Assembly (NCBI RefSeq): GCF_963853765.1
Contig: NC_088853.1
Coordinates: 22,258,001 to 22,322,000, forward strand
Direction of reading: 5' to 3'
From: Magallana gigas
Lineage: Eukaryota
Length of the DNA: 64,000 nucleotides
Shown here in pieces: positions 1 through 11,879 of this stretch. Position 1 is the first letter of the stretch. Each line of letters starts with the position of its first letter. A program made the translations under genes and the position numbers. The notes beneath the pieces were generated by a model. The model searched no databases, had not been told where the DNA came from, and saw nothing but the letters and a program-made list of their open reading frames with translations.

Positions 1-2942
1 AAATTGGAAATTTCATTGCCGTCAAACTTTGCTTTCTTAAATTCTTTGACTAAATTCAAATTTCCTTCATAACAGGCAACTTGCAGAGTTGAAATAAATT
101 CATTGCATATATTGACATCGGCACCCGCGTCTATCAGTTCCTTAACTACGTGAATATGAGCTTTATAGCAGGCAACTATAAGCGGTGTTTTATCTTCCTC
201 CGTGATATTGACAGCAGCCCCACGTTTGATCATTTCTTTAACATCTTCTAAATGTCCACGAAAACACTCAACTATAAATGATCTTTCGTTTGTGTTATTC
301 AGATCGACTTTTGACTCCATTTCGATTAACCTTTTGGTTATACTCAAATGGCTCCAATAACAGGGAAAGTTAAGTGTAGTTTTATCTTTATCATTTGGAT
401 CGATTTGAGCACCTGCTTTAACCAGCAATTTCAAAATATCAAAATAACCGCCATCACATGCAGCAATAAGCGGTGTTTTTCCTTCATGTCTTTTGTTTAC
501 CTCAACCCCCGATGATATCAGCTCTTTGACTATGCTAAAATGCCCCTTTTTACATGCAGCTAATAGCGGTGATTCAGAGTTCAAAGAAATATTGAGATCA
601 AGACCTGTTGTTATCAATTTTTCAACAATGCACAAATGATTTTCTTTGCAAGCATTTATTATGGGGGCGTTCAGATTGATATCAGCTCCTGCTTTTATCA
701 GCTCTTCAACTATAAGTGCGTGTCCTTCCTGACATGCAGACTGTAATGGTGAAATTAAAACACTTTTTTTATTGACACTAGCACCCAATTTCAATAATTC
801 TCTTACTGTGCTTTGCTGTCCATTTTCACACGCAGCTATTAAAGGTGTTTCAAAGTCTACGCACATATTGATATTAGCTCCAGCTTCTAACAGTGCCATG
901 ACAATATCTAGATATCCATATTTGCAAGCAATAATTAATGGATTTTTTTCAAAGTATACCATGCCTGAAGGCCAAACCCTGTTATTGAGAGCGTCTGTAT
1001 TGACATGTTTGAGTAATATTTGCACAGTATCAAGATCGCCAGAATAACAACCGAGACAAAGCAGGCGACATTGCTCAACAAAAAATGGTTCATCATACGT
1101 GTCACAAATTATGTCACTATTTGAGTCACTATCTATAAAACTAGCTTCATCATCATCTTGGTCACTGCAACTACTGTTAACGTTATTATCAATGTTTGTC
1201 TGGTTTATAAATGAATAACTTTGGTGGTGTTCATTGTAGCAACTGAGAAACAGGTCATTAATGTTTCCATTTGTTTGAATCATTTGATCTAAAATATACT
1301 GAAGAATTTTATAATGTCCAAAAAGAATAACCCATTGTATTCCCTTGAGACAGCTCATATAAGGATATAATCTGCCATGCCTACGTTCGATGATTGTATC
1401 ATTTATGAGAAAATCATATTCAAACATGCTCAATCTTGCGTGTTTCTTTTCCTCATCACCATATTTTTTAGGTTTATATTTCCATGCATCTACTTCAGAG
1501 GTGTTATTTAGCTCAGATATAAGTAACGTGTATAAATCATTATACGACTTCTTGTTCAATAATGTAATGAACTTTTGAAACACAGATGCAGTTTTCAAAG
1601 CTTCGTTACCGAACACGTCATAAAATTCGCCATTATATACGTCTTTGAACAGACGATCAGCTAGCATTGAATATTGGGGCTCATGCAGTTTTATACTTAA
1701 GTCGATGATAGTCTCACTTTCATGACTTGTTTGGATGCGTTTTTTATCTTCACTTTCTTTATCTTCTTCGCATTCTTCCTCTCTTTTCCTTTTTCTAGAG
1801 TTATCTTTATCTAGTTTGACATAACTAGCAATGTACTTACTACTCGCGTATTGCAAAATCAGTTCTGGATATTTACGACCAAAATGATATGCGATAATTT
1901 CAAACATGGAGTCGTGAATAAAAGTAAATTCATCGTCATTTTTCTTTGTGTAGGTTCCCTTCATTTCTGACAAGGCATTGATCAATTGAAAGTTATCTGT
2001 TGTAGATGGCACTTTACATGTTCTTAGAATGCTGCATTTCATCTCAGCAAACGAATTGTCTTCCATTGTCTCCTTAGCTGCATTATTGCCATTATCTAAC
2101 ATTTTTTCTGACAGTTTGTTTTTATTAGCCATAAGTAAAACTAACGAGACATACTGGTGCTTGTTATGTATTCTCAGTGAGTCCAATTCCTTCAGGATAC
2201 ATTCAATAGGTGATATGAAAAAAGAATTTCCATAAACTTTCAACTTCGGTTCGCTTGAAAAGAGTTTACATAAAAGAGGGAACATGCTTGAGGATGATGC
2301 CAAATTGTCCGAGGTCAAAAAATCTCTATCTAAAGAATATTTTTCAAGTAATTCTTGTTTGTCGTCATCGTTTAATGTGTTTTCTTTACTTTGTAAAAGA
2401 ACCGTATTCTTTCCTTTAACCAGAACACAGTCGGATACCAATTCATTTCTAAAAACTGCCTCACGACACGTCACAAGGGTTTTCGTTTTTCGATTGATTG
2501 GATCTTTAAGTCTTTCGCTGTATTTATTAATCATATGAAGTTCGTGTTCGTTTACTCCAAAAACTCCAAGGACATCATCGATTACAAACAACTGTGGAAT
2601 GTTTTGGTTACTATAATCTTCAATCTTGTTTATTTCCTTGATTGGAAAAATTTCATACCCTTCCTTTTGCAGTATTAGAGCAATATGACGGGCTGTTGCC
2701 GTTTTACCGGAGCCTGGAACACCGACAAACGTTACGTATGGTTGTGATCTGACTTGCTCTAGCATCACTGGGAAGTTGTGGGTTTCTAAAAACACTCTGT
2801 CATCCTCTTTCCACTTTGAAATATCCCTTTCATATAAAGCTGAAAAACAAAACCATGTGACTTGCTATTATTAATCAATGTACTGAAGTATTAAAAGCCG
2901 AGCTCTTTTGGTGTGTCTATGCTTATTGTGTAGTAAAGACTG

Positions 2943-3000
<58 letters not shown>

Positions 3001-3992
3001 GGTTTTAATGTCGACAAAACGTCAGAGAGCGAGCGACCAAATTTTGTAAGCGGCTATAAACAAAAATATGTCTGTCTGTAGAAAAAAGTTCAAGAGTTGC
3101 TGACTTGAATTTTGCAACAAGCGTTATATATTTGATCCCATTTCTTCCACGCGCAGCAAAGTAGTTCATAACAATTCCTGCGCATTGTATGTGTCCAAAA
3201 TGCATATTTTTGTTTTTAAAACACGTTATTGATAAGAAAACTAAATAGGATTGACAAATTCTCTCGAAATTAAAAGAAAAACAAAATGCCAACACTTTTG
3301 ACATAGCATGGCTCATTGTGTAACTATTTGGTTTATCGGAAGCTTTTACTTTGACGCTCTTTGTTTTTGTGTTTACTTTTGAAGTTGTGCTATTTATAGT
3401 AACATTGGCAATTTACCTGCCTACAGCCAGGACTTTCAGCGGAGCCCGGCTAAAAATCAAAGCTCAAATCGCAGTAATTTACACCGTAATTTAAATCTCA
3501 ATTTAAAATACGTGTCTTTAAAGAAAACACTTTGGCAATTAAAAAAACTCATTTCAAAAAGGTGATGCTTGATACATCTTATACAGCTATACGTTATGAA
3601 ATTCTGATTTAAAAGTTGTTCCACGGGGGTGTTAAAGAAGCATGTGGAAAAACTAGCGTCGTATTCTTACTGTTATACTCAAAATCGTGAGATCCATTAA
3701 TCGTTTTGAATCAGATCAACTAAGTATCATCCTTTGAAAGAGATATCAATGCAATGAAATCAAATAGTACATTACTGCCACATCGGTGCATTTATTAACA
3801 GCAAATAAATAAATAGCTTACGTATATGCCTTAACCTAAAATGACACTACCCTGCGGTTTCCACAAAACAATAAACATATCAAGTGAATGCAAACCATCT
3901 CAGTTTTATCACAAATGCTGATTGAATCCTACCTTTTCTTTAATTAAAACGTTATATTAATCATCTTGTTTAAAAAAAACAAAAAAATTTCA

Positions 3993-4082
<90 letters not shown>

Positions 4083-5535
4083 TTTGATACTGACTGACTA
4101 CAAATAAGTGTTTTGTTTTTCCTGAGGACTATCAAATGACATACTTATTTTTTTCACAAAAACGCATGTACAAGATGCCTATAACTTTGTCCAAATTAAC
4201 TCATTTAAACTTAAAATTACTAATTTCACATTTCATATACTCTTTAAAAATCTTCGCTTAACACATATTTACTATCAATGTTTTGTTTTGTTTTTGTTTC
4301 TTTTTTTTGCTATTCAATTGTAATCGTTTTCTCCCTATTTGAGCAAATTGCGATGAGGCCATTATGTTTTGTTCCAGACACAACAATGTGACGTCAATAT
4401 TCATAGGGCAACTATCCTTATTTTACAAAATTGCAAGGGGCAGTTACTCCAGATTTTTAAAGAATTTATAGCATGTGGTTTCTGTATTTGAAAATATGAA
4501 ATGTCGAAATGAGTAGGGGAAGCGTCGATCAATAATGGCCATATTGCCTAATATTAATTCTCAGTGAACTAACAAAGAGATATATGAGGAAATCACGTGC
4601 TATGTTTAAACCAACAAAAGTGTGACATTTCAGTCTGAGGGAAAAATAATATATATATATATAAGGTACATGCTACTAACATTGTATTTTTATGCTATGT
4701 TATTTGTTAAAATATAATTTCAAAAAATTTCAAAAACGAATATTGCATTTGTATTAGAGTAAAAAAATGGTTACCTTTTACATTCTCGGGAACACATCTT
4801 TTTTCAATTCTTTTTGTTCTCTCTGTTTATGAAAAAGAATTATAGTGAATACTTTGTGTATCTTTTTTTAAAAACGAGCTTATATGTCTCTAGTTAGATG
4901 CAAAAGTATCATTTTAAGTATATTTTAGTAAAATAGCTACCTGAAATATCATGAATTTTTGTATCCAAATTCTGCAACTCTTTGATGTATTTAGATTCCT
5001 GTTCAGGATCCATAGAGCATTTTGTGATCTTAACAACTGCGTTCTGATAAATGGTTGATATGCGTAGGTACTTTTCCAAATCCTGAATAATGCTGGAAAT
5101 TTCTAGAACTTTCTTATTAAAATCGGTGTCGGAAATAAATATATCTGTACAATGCCCGTACTTGTTTCTTATCAAACGAATTCTTTCAATGTTTGCTGAC
5201 ACACTCCTGTCACATGGGATTGGTTCATTTCCCCATTGTTTTGCATGTGGTGAAATGTTCGATATATTTCGCAAAAGAAAAAAGAGTAAAGTTATATCAA
5301 AGTCTGAGTAGTTTCCATTGTGTATGACCCTTTCTTGTTCTTTGGTAATTGGAGGTTGTTTCCGTTTTTGTAAATTAGCTAAATGTGTCGTTACCTTCTG
5401 TGACAGTGTTGACGGGGGGATCTCTTTCTTGAGAACATCACAAAGAAAATCTGTACAAGGACCCAATATAATGCGGGCTACACGAGCAAGGTTGGTGGTT
5501 TCCCGCGTTGATGCATACTTTGAGTTAGCCATCAT
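1..5535 (-). CDS. HEPN (DZIP3-like) - nSTAND3-type NTPase - ankyrin repeat protein, 3' end outside window; exons complement(4941..5535, 4775..4822, <1..2839), >1160 aa
   Basis: Hand translation gives one open frame across three GT-AG, phase-1 junctions. Exon 1: STRETTNLARVARIILGPC...DFDITLLFFLLRN...IERIRLIRNKYGH (DZIP3-type HEPN). 48-nt exon: ERTKRIEKRCVPENVK. Exon 3: Walker A GVPGSGKT, Walker B LFVIDD, sensor TCR, FPLLCKLF, FIHDS, then ~10 ankyrin repeats (e.g. TPLIAACENG, SPLQSACQEGH, TPLIVACYKAH). Missing from the ORF track because it has no stop inside the window. Confidence 0.93.
3622..3860. mobile_element. Diverged one-ended fragment of the TIR element family at 42833-43780, inside the HEPN-STAND gene intron
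   Basis: CACGGGGGTGTTAAAGAAGCATGTGGA resembles the TIR at 42833/43780; the following ~210 bp align by eye with the reverse complement of 43530-43755. Confidence 0.75.
3996..4079. repeat. (AT)n microsatellite
   Basis: Uninterrupted AT dinucleotide run. Confidence 0.98.
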
Positions 5536-7284
5536 TTATAAATCCCAGTACCATTTGTTCTGTAATTAAAAAGGGTTAACGTATTGGATCGTATCTTTTG
5601 TTAATTAGAATTAAGTGTGCTGCATGTATAATTTTCCTTTTTTTTCTCACAAATAGTTTGGAATAATAAGGCAAAAATGAAATTAAATTTATCATTCATT
5701 TTCATATAATTTTTCCGATACTTTTATAGATATAGTTCAGGGGCTAGTCAAGTATTATTTGCAGGACTTGAATTTTGATCTCTTATTTATTTCATTTTTT
5801 AGTCTTACAAATTCAAAATGGTAAGAGAAAATATGTTGTTTAAAAAAATCATCAGCCTTAAATTGAAGGAAAAAATAACATTGTATTTTAATTTGTATAA
5901 TATTTCTCATAGAAACGTTGAATGATTTATTAATTATTTGGCAACGACTCTGGCTTATTTATAAAACAGTGTGACAGATATCTGGCTTCGTGAAGGTAGG
6001 AATGGTTTTAGTCTATTTGATATCCCTAAATAACATTTCTTTTCTGTCCCATCATAATATGATATTGTATTGGTTTTAATGCCTGTCTGCTAATTCTGTC
6101 TGCCAACAATTATTAATTAACCTTTTTAAGTAAGACTTAAATAAACAAATATTACATATGCCGCAATTGTTGTTACCCATGCATTTAAAACTAATTCGCC
6201 ATATTTCCCAAAGAAAATTTATACTCTCCTTTGTTTTTTATCTTTGTCTATAGAAAACAATTTAACCGAAGTTCGTTTACTGATGGCATCAACGTACATT
6301 TGTAGCAGTAGACCCGATGATAGGATACAACCTCTTGTTTCTTTAGGATATAATTCAAAATTTCTTTGTATGGATTAACAACAAAATTTGATTCATAAAC
6401 ATATAATTTTAGATATAGGAGACGTTAAGAACTTTTTAGATTTTATTTTAAGTATGGATCGAAAATGTATGGTTTACAAACAAACGTTCTGGAGACATTG
6501 TTTTATACAAGAATTTCATACAAAAACTATAAAATATTTTAATGCGAGAAAATTGAAAAGATTGAGCATGATTGTTTGAAATTATGCAGTTATATTTTAT
6601 CAAAATAAGCTAATCTGTTTGATTTTTTTTTAATTTAACAACAAAAGAAAGAATGTGTCGTTTATTAACCCACCTATTTGAAATTCATGCTTTCATTCAT
6701 TCTTTATGGAAAACAACCGTTTTAATCCTTTGAATCAATGTGTGATTTAAAGAATTGCTTCATTTTACTTCGGATGTCTTTTTTTAGTTTAAGATTTGGC
6801 TTTGAATAATATTGTTGATTTATATTTTTAAGAGAGTTGCATGCAATTTAATTTCTATTCTGCAAGAGCATTGATTTAACATGAACAATGGTTTATAAAA
6901 ACAGTTCATATATTTACGTGTTACAAAAGACTGCAGAGCTGTTTATTAAAACTCGCTGTGTAATTATCATGTTTTACGTAGAAACTTGAATTCTATAAAC
7001 ACCCTATAGAAGGGGCCAAACAATGCAAACAAATACAAGTTAGATCATTCTTGCATGTGTGACTTTAAATCAAGTCAATATTTGATATAGCGAATTACTA
7101 GAACATTTAAATTACACTTTACAATTTCATCAAAATCGAATATTATGACTGAATTGCGACTTCTATTATATTTTGAGACTAATAGATATCTTTTCATACA
7201 TGTATAATGTTTCCCTATCACAGTTTTATTAGTTTTATTATGAAATTGTATTTAGATAAAGTGGGTTGATAGCCAACAGTGCTC

Positions 7285-7398
7285 AAACTCAAAAGTCCAT
7301 AACACGGACCACTACAAAATCAAAAGCAGGATTAGGCGCTATAGAGAAGTGAGCATCTCCTGCTGAAAAGTAACACCCACCGTGTGTCTTATGTCGTA
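7285..7398 (-). mobile_element. Inverted, diverged copy of the retroelement-like structured motif at 9225-9623
   Basis: Reverse complement TACGACATAAGACACACGGTGGGTGTTACTTTTCAGCAGGAGATGCTCACTTCTC...GGTCCGTGTT aligns to 9225-9330. Confidence 0.75.
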
Positions 7399-7872
7399 AA
7401 TAATAGTTATAATATTAATAGACTATTAATAGTTATCAACACTTTACTTAGATGAACATGTTTTTGAGTAAAGCTGACACTTTATCTAAGGAAATACAAT
7501 TATGTTATGAATCAACAAGAAAATTACTTACCTTTTTACATTCAAGGCCTCTAGCGCACTATGTTACATTAAAAATATATTCACGCCCTGTTTATTTTTC
7601 TCGTTACCTGGCAAAAACTTAATCGTGATCGTCCCATAATTAAACCTTTGAGCATTTCTTTTAGCTTGATTAAGCAGTGCAAAAAAACTTAAATGGCCAA
7701 TTTATGAAATGAAAGCGCTGCATTCATGTTATTAACAATGCAGCGTATAACCCTCGGTCATATCAACCAGTGTCAAGTTCTTTACCTTTTTTTTTTTTTT
7801 TTTACTTTGTTGATTGTGCTCTCAGATTATCTCCTCAATTATTATATGGAAGAAAAATATCTGAACAAAATA

Positions 7873-8046
7873 CAGTAAAACACAGTTATAGCGAACACGC
7901 TTATAATGAATTGACGGTTACAGCAAAGTGATTGCTATTCCCCGTGACTATATAACATGTTCTAAACTTGACGAATACAACGAATTACGCTTATAACGAA
8001 GCAAAATCGCCCGTCCCTGACGCTTCGTTATAACCGTGTTTTACTG
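7873..8046. mobile_element. 174-bp MITE, Tc1/mariner-type (TA target duplication)
   Basis: 23-bp TIRs CAGTAAAACAC(A/G)GTTATA(G/A)CGAA with 21/23 match; TA at 7871-72 and 8047-48. Confidence 0.9.
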
Positions 8047-8176
8047 TATGTTTTTATCACTATGAATATCTGACAAATGTTAAAAAAATACTGCCAACTT
8101 ATTTATTACAATGTTGGGCTGATTTGTAAATACTAAAATATGAAAGTCAACAATGTTCTAAAACTGGTTAACTGTA

Positions 8177-8921
8177 CTGGCCCTGTACCAGTTATCGGCT
8201 ATAATTTTACGTTTTCTTTTCGTGTTTCCTTTTTTCGGAAAGATATATTGGAATAAAACTTTTCATACTTTAAATTGTGAACTCTTTATGTATCCATCGG
8301 TTAGATTACATCATCATTTAGAACCCAAAACATATCGTTTCTGTGCTTTTTAGCTCGCCCCGAATTTGCCGAGGTTTTATGATTTACTGCACCAGTTATC
8401 GGCTTCGTGATAATAACATAGTATAATCCTTGTACATGTTGATTTTATATTCCGCAAAGTGTAAATTAAATTATGTTCCTTGCGGGGTCAGCCTATAGGT
8501 CGTAGGGGTTATTATACGTAAACAAAACTCATAAAATTATTCGTTTATTATCATACGGTAATACACAAAACCTTACGCTAATCAATTCATAATTATACAA
8601 TCAAGCGTTACACTGCGCCATAAATCTCTCTGAATATAGTGAGTTCCTTTTGTTTATAAATGTTATATGTAATGATATAATTACGTATCACAAAGAGGTC
8701 ATATTCTATTTTTAACTTATTACGGCACTTCCCCCACAGCTGAAGTGCAAAGATGTAAATCAGCGGTAAACAATGATCGTTAAAGCTCATGTTTAAAACA
8801 TATTGAAGAAAGTTTTCAAGCAAACTTACTTTTCTTTATTCGAAACAGACGAATGAATTAAAAAATCTTGGATATTTGCGTGCCATTAACTGGTCTTAGC
8901 CGATAACTGGTACAGTACCAG
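8177..8921. mobile_element. 745-bp non-autonomous TIR element flanked by TA
   Basis: Ends CTGGCCCTGTACCAGTTATCGGCTA and TAGCCGATAACTGGTACAGTACCAG are inverted repeats (23/25); TA on both sides; internal partial TIR copy near 8388-8406. Confidence 0.85.
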
Positions 8922-9224
8922 TAGATTTTTTTAATGATAATTTGTTTTTAAAAAATACATGAAAAGCAGCTTTATTTTTGACTTGTTCTATCTAAAATAC
9001 ATCATATGATTCTGGGTTTCAATTCATCGGACCTTGGGATCATCATACTCACTACAGGTATGTCGATATAAGGGTGTATGGTTAACTTGGCGTTTCTCCA
9101 ATTTTGTCAATTGACTACAAATCAAACATCCTTTTGTCATTCTTGTTGGGCAGTCTCCATTAATTAATGTAAGACCATAATGAACACCTAATTGTCTACG
9201 GACTTTTCCGGGGGTTTTCCCCGA

Positions 9225-9623
9225 TTACGACAAAGAGCACACGGGGAGTGTGACCGTTCAGCAGAGGATGCTCACTCCTCCTTGGCACCTGATCCTACCT
9301 TCAATGTATTGGAGGTCCGTATTGTTGGCTTTATTTTTTATGTTTTTATTTTGACCATCACAGACAAACCAAATCATCAACTATTTATTTTATTCCATAT
9401 TATTACATTTTTTCCATTTTTACATTTACCTCGATTATAACATGCCCAATTGTGGCAAAAAGCATACGGCGGGTGCGACCGGTTAGCAGAGGATGCTCAC
9501 TCCTCCTAGGCACCTGACCCTACCTCTATTTTTTTTTAGGTCCGTGTTGCTCTGCTTTGAATTTGTAATTTTTTATGGATTTTCGAGAAGGTTGACGGTT
9601 TGTTATTGTCATTTTTTTTTCAT
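9225..9623 (+). mobile_element. Two tandem copies of a ~110-nt retroelement 3'-end-like motif (possibly Penelope-like)
   Basis: CACGGxGGGTGTGACCGGTCAGCAGAGGATGCTCACTCCTCCTAGGCACCTGATCCTACCT...GGTCCGTGTT at 9225-9330 and 9455-9560. The repetition is seen directly; the family assignment is recalled resemblance to bivalve repeats, not a search result. Confidence 0.6.
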
Positions 9624-10230
9624 AATGATGTAAACGCATCAGCATTTTTCATTAACAGCTGATCTGGATAAAATTGATACATGGGCTTCCACATGATCTG
9701 TCGATTTCAAAAAGAAAATATCGCTCACTGTCAATTTAGAAATAAATCCAGTAATTTACAAGCTAACATTTTTAATCAACATTTAAGTGACATTTCAACT
9801 TGTAATAATTGTGGTCACACATGTGAAAACAATCTTCATTTTTTCCTTGCTTGTCCAGCTTACTTAATCACAAGACATTGCTCATTAACAGTATTCGAAA
9901 TAATACAAGAAAACAAAATGACGCAAGCGTCAAATGGGCCGCAAAAAATATAATTGTTGTATGAATCATTGATTGTTTATATAAAAATACACACACCACA
10001 AAGAAGAAAAAAATGAATTGGTAGTACTAATGTTTATGGTAAATTTCAATATATATCTTCTGCAACATGTTTTGAGTTTGACATTTAAGTATCATATAAA
10101 GAATCGAGTTTGTTACTGTAAGCATTTCTAACGGTAATTGTATGATCATTGCCATGGTATGAAGTGATGGAGAACACATTGATTTGTACTCTATTCTAAT
10201 ACAAAGTTCAACAATTCTGACTTCAAACCA
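9620..10230 (+). mobile_element. Internally deleted non-LTR retrotransposon (CR1/L2-group) ORF2 remnant
   Basis: Frame at 9661 reads DLDKIDTWAST*SVDF (post-YADD RT motif), followed directly by HCQFRN...TCNNCGHTCENNLHFFLACPAY (C-terminal Cys/His module of LINE ORF2). Confidence 0.75.
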
Positions 10231-10496
10231 TATTTATTATGTGTTGCATTGTATTGAATTAAAACGTACTGCATTAGTTTATGTGAATTCAAGGGACGAC
10301 ATAAATAATAGAATTATTTTAAAGGTACATGTAAGATCATATGCTCATTCGGTAGAAAATGCACAATTTTAAAATAAAAAAATAAGCCGGATAATGGAAT
10401 TATAAATCTTAATTTCATTTCAGTTCATGAAGATAATCATGGTTATTTAATTTTTATGTTTTCAAAAGTATTAAAAATAACAAAGGCCAGCTCAAA

Positions 10497-11082
10497 GAAC
10501 TATATATGATATTAGTCAAATCTGGCCCCCATAATTGGCTATTTTTAAAATGATTTAGCTACAATAATTTGTTGGGTTATTTTATAAAAGAGTTGACATA
10601 AAATACGTTTTTCACCTATTTATTTGATTTATATGCACTCACTGGCAAAATATGACGTCATAAGTGATGCTATTTTTAGAATTCAATCAAAATCAGTCAA
10701 AAATGGACATTTAACTTATCTTTTTCGAATGGGAAATATAGAGCGACTCTTTAAACAAGAACGAACTTTTTGTCACTTATAAGTATTGGAGAGATACATC
10801 TTTGGTGAAAATATTTTGTTTGTTCAAGCAGTCGCTCAATGTTTCCTTAAAGAAAAACTGCTTAAAAACAAGCCGTTTTATGCTCATAATGAGAGAATGG
10901 TGGGAAAAGGTTAAATTTTGATGTCATATTTCTAAACTTTGGGCACTTAAATCAAAATAAAAATTATGAAAAAACTTCAAATGTATATTTGTACAAATAA
11001 AACAAAGAATTACAGGAAAATGACAATGTTCATTAAATTAAATTTTAAGGGGGCCATTTTTGGCTTAAACCATACATAGTCC
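10497..11082. mobile_element. 586-bp MITE with imperfect 33-bp TIRs
   Basis: Left GAACTATATATGATATTAGTCAAATCTGGCCCC vs reverse complement of right end GGACTATGTATGGTTTAAGCCAAAAATGGCCCC (about 25/33); no clear target duplication. Confidence 0.7.
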
Positions 11083-11398
11083 TTTTCAGGTCAATTCCAA
11101 TTTTCAGATCTTTCATATTTTTCCGAAAATTATTGATATGGATGTCATTTCAACATATTTTTCGATCACTTTTCACATTAAAATATGATAAATACACACA
11201 CGAAGTGATTTCATTAGACGCATATCATTTATAGAAAATTTCGTGTCATCCATGTCTTTATTAATTCAGGTTTATAGTACGTATATCCCGGATTCCGATA
11301 CATTGTTTTGAAAAGAATGAAAAACTCTTAAATTTTCCAAATAGAAATAATATGTAGCCTCGATAAAAATGTTCCTTACACTATGACCTACTTCACAT

Positions 11399-11697
11399 TC
11401 AGGCAGGTAGCATCGTTTTTGAAAGTGGGAGGGGGGGGGGGCAGACTCATCTTAAAAATCTTGACAAGCCAAAAAAACGGGGGGGGGGGGGGGGGTCGCT
11501 TCTTTCTAAAATCCTAAAAATCCTTAACCGGGGGAGGGGTACCTTTAACTTTAATTTCAGCGTCTCCTTATTTTCAATTCAATTTTTTACATGGTTCCAT
11601 AAAAGTGGGGAGGGGCAACTCCATGTTAATTCAATTTTTTCTATGTAGGCCCCCTGCCCCCCCCCCCCCCCCCACCCTTACAATGCTATGTGCCTGA
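11399..11697. mobile_element. Poly-G/poly-C MITE
   Basis: Short TIRs CAGGCAGGTAGCAT / ATGCTATGTGCCTG enclosing G-runs near the left end and a C-run near the right end. Confidence 0.6.
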
Positions 11698-11879
11698 CAT
11701 TTACGAGATAAACAAAAAATATGTAATTTTTTAAGGCATAAAACATGCAAACGTGCAAATATACTTTTAATCCTCAAAAAAAGGCATAATATTCTACACA
11801 AAAAAATATCCTACAGAAACTCAGTTAATAATATCTTAATGTATATCAAATAACGGACTGCCTTCTGGCGGCCCATAAT

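Noticed and set aside
772-2538. Plus-strand ORFs 772-1047, 1390-1578, 2029-2235, 2284-2538
   Set aside because: Antisense shadows of the long minus-strand STAND-ankyrin exon.
3944-4135. ORF with YIYIYI run, and similar ERERER/LSLSLS ORFs at 54240, 58751, 59034, 59566
   Set aside because: Produced by stop-free microsatellites.
9455-9560. Complete HDV-like or hammerhead ribozyme
   Set aside because: No P1 strand follows P3 as HDV requires and there is no CUGAUGA/GAAA core; kept only as an unclassified structure.
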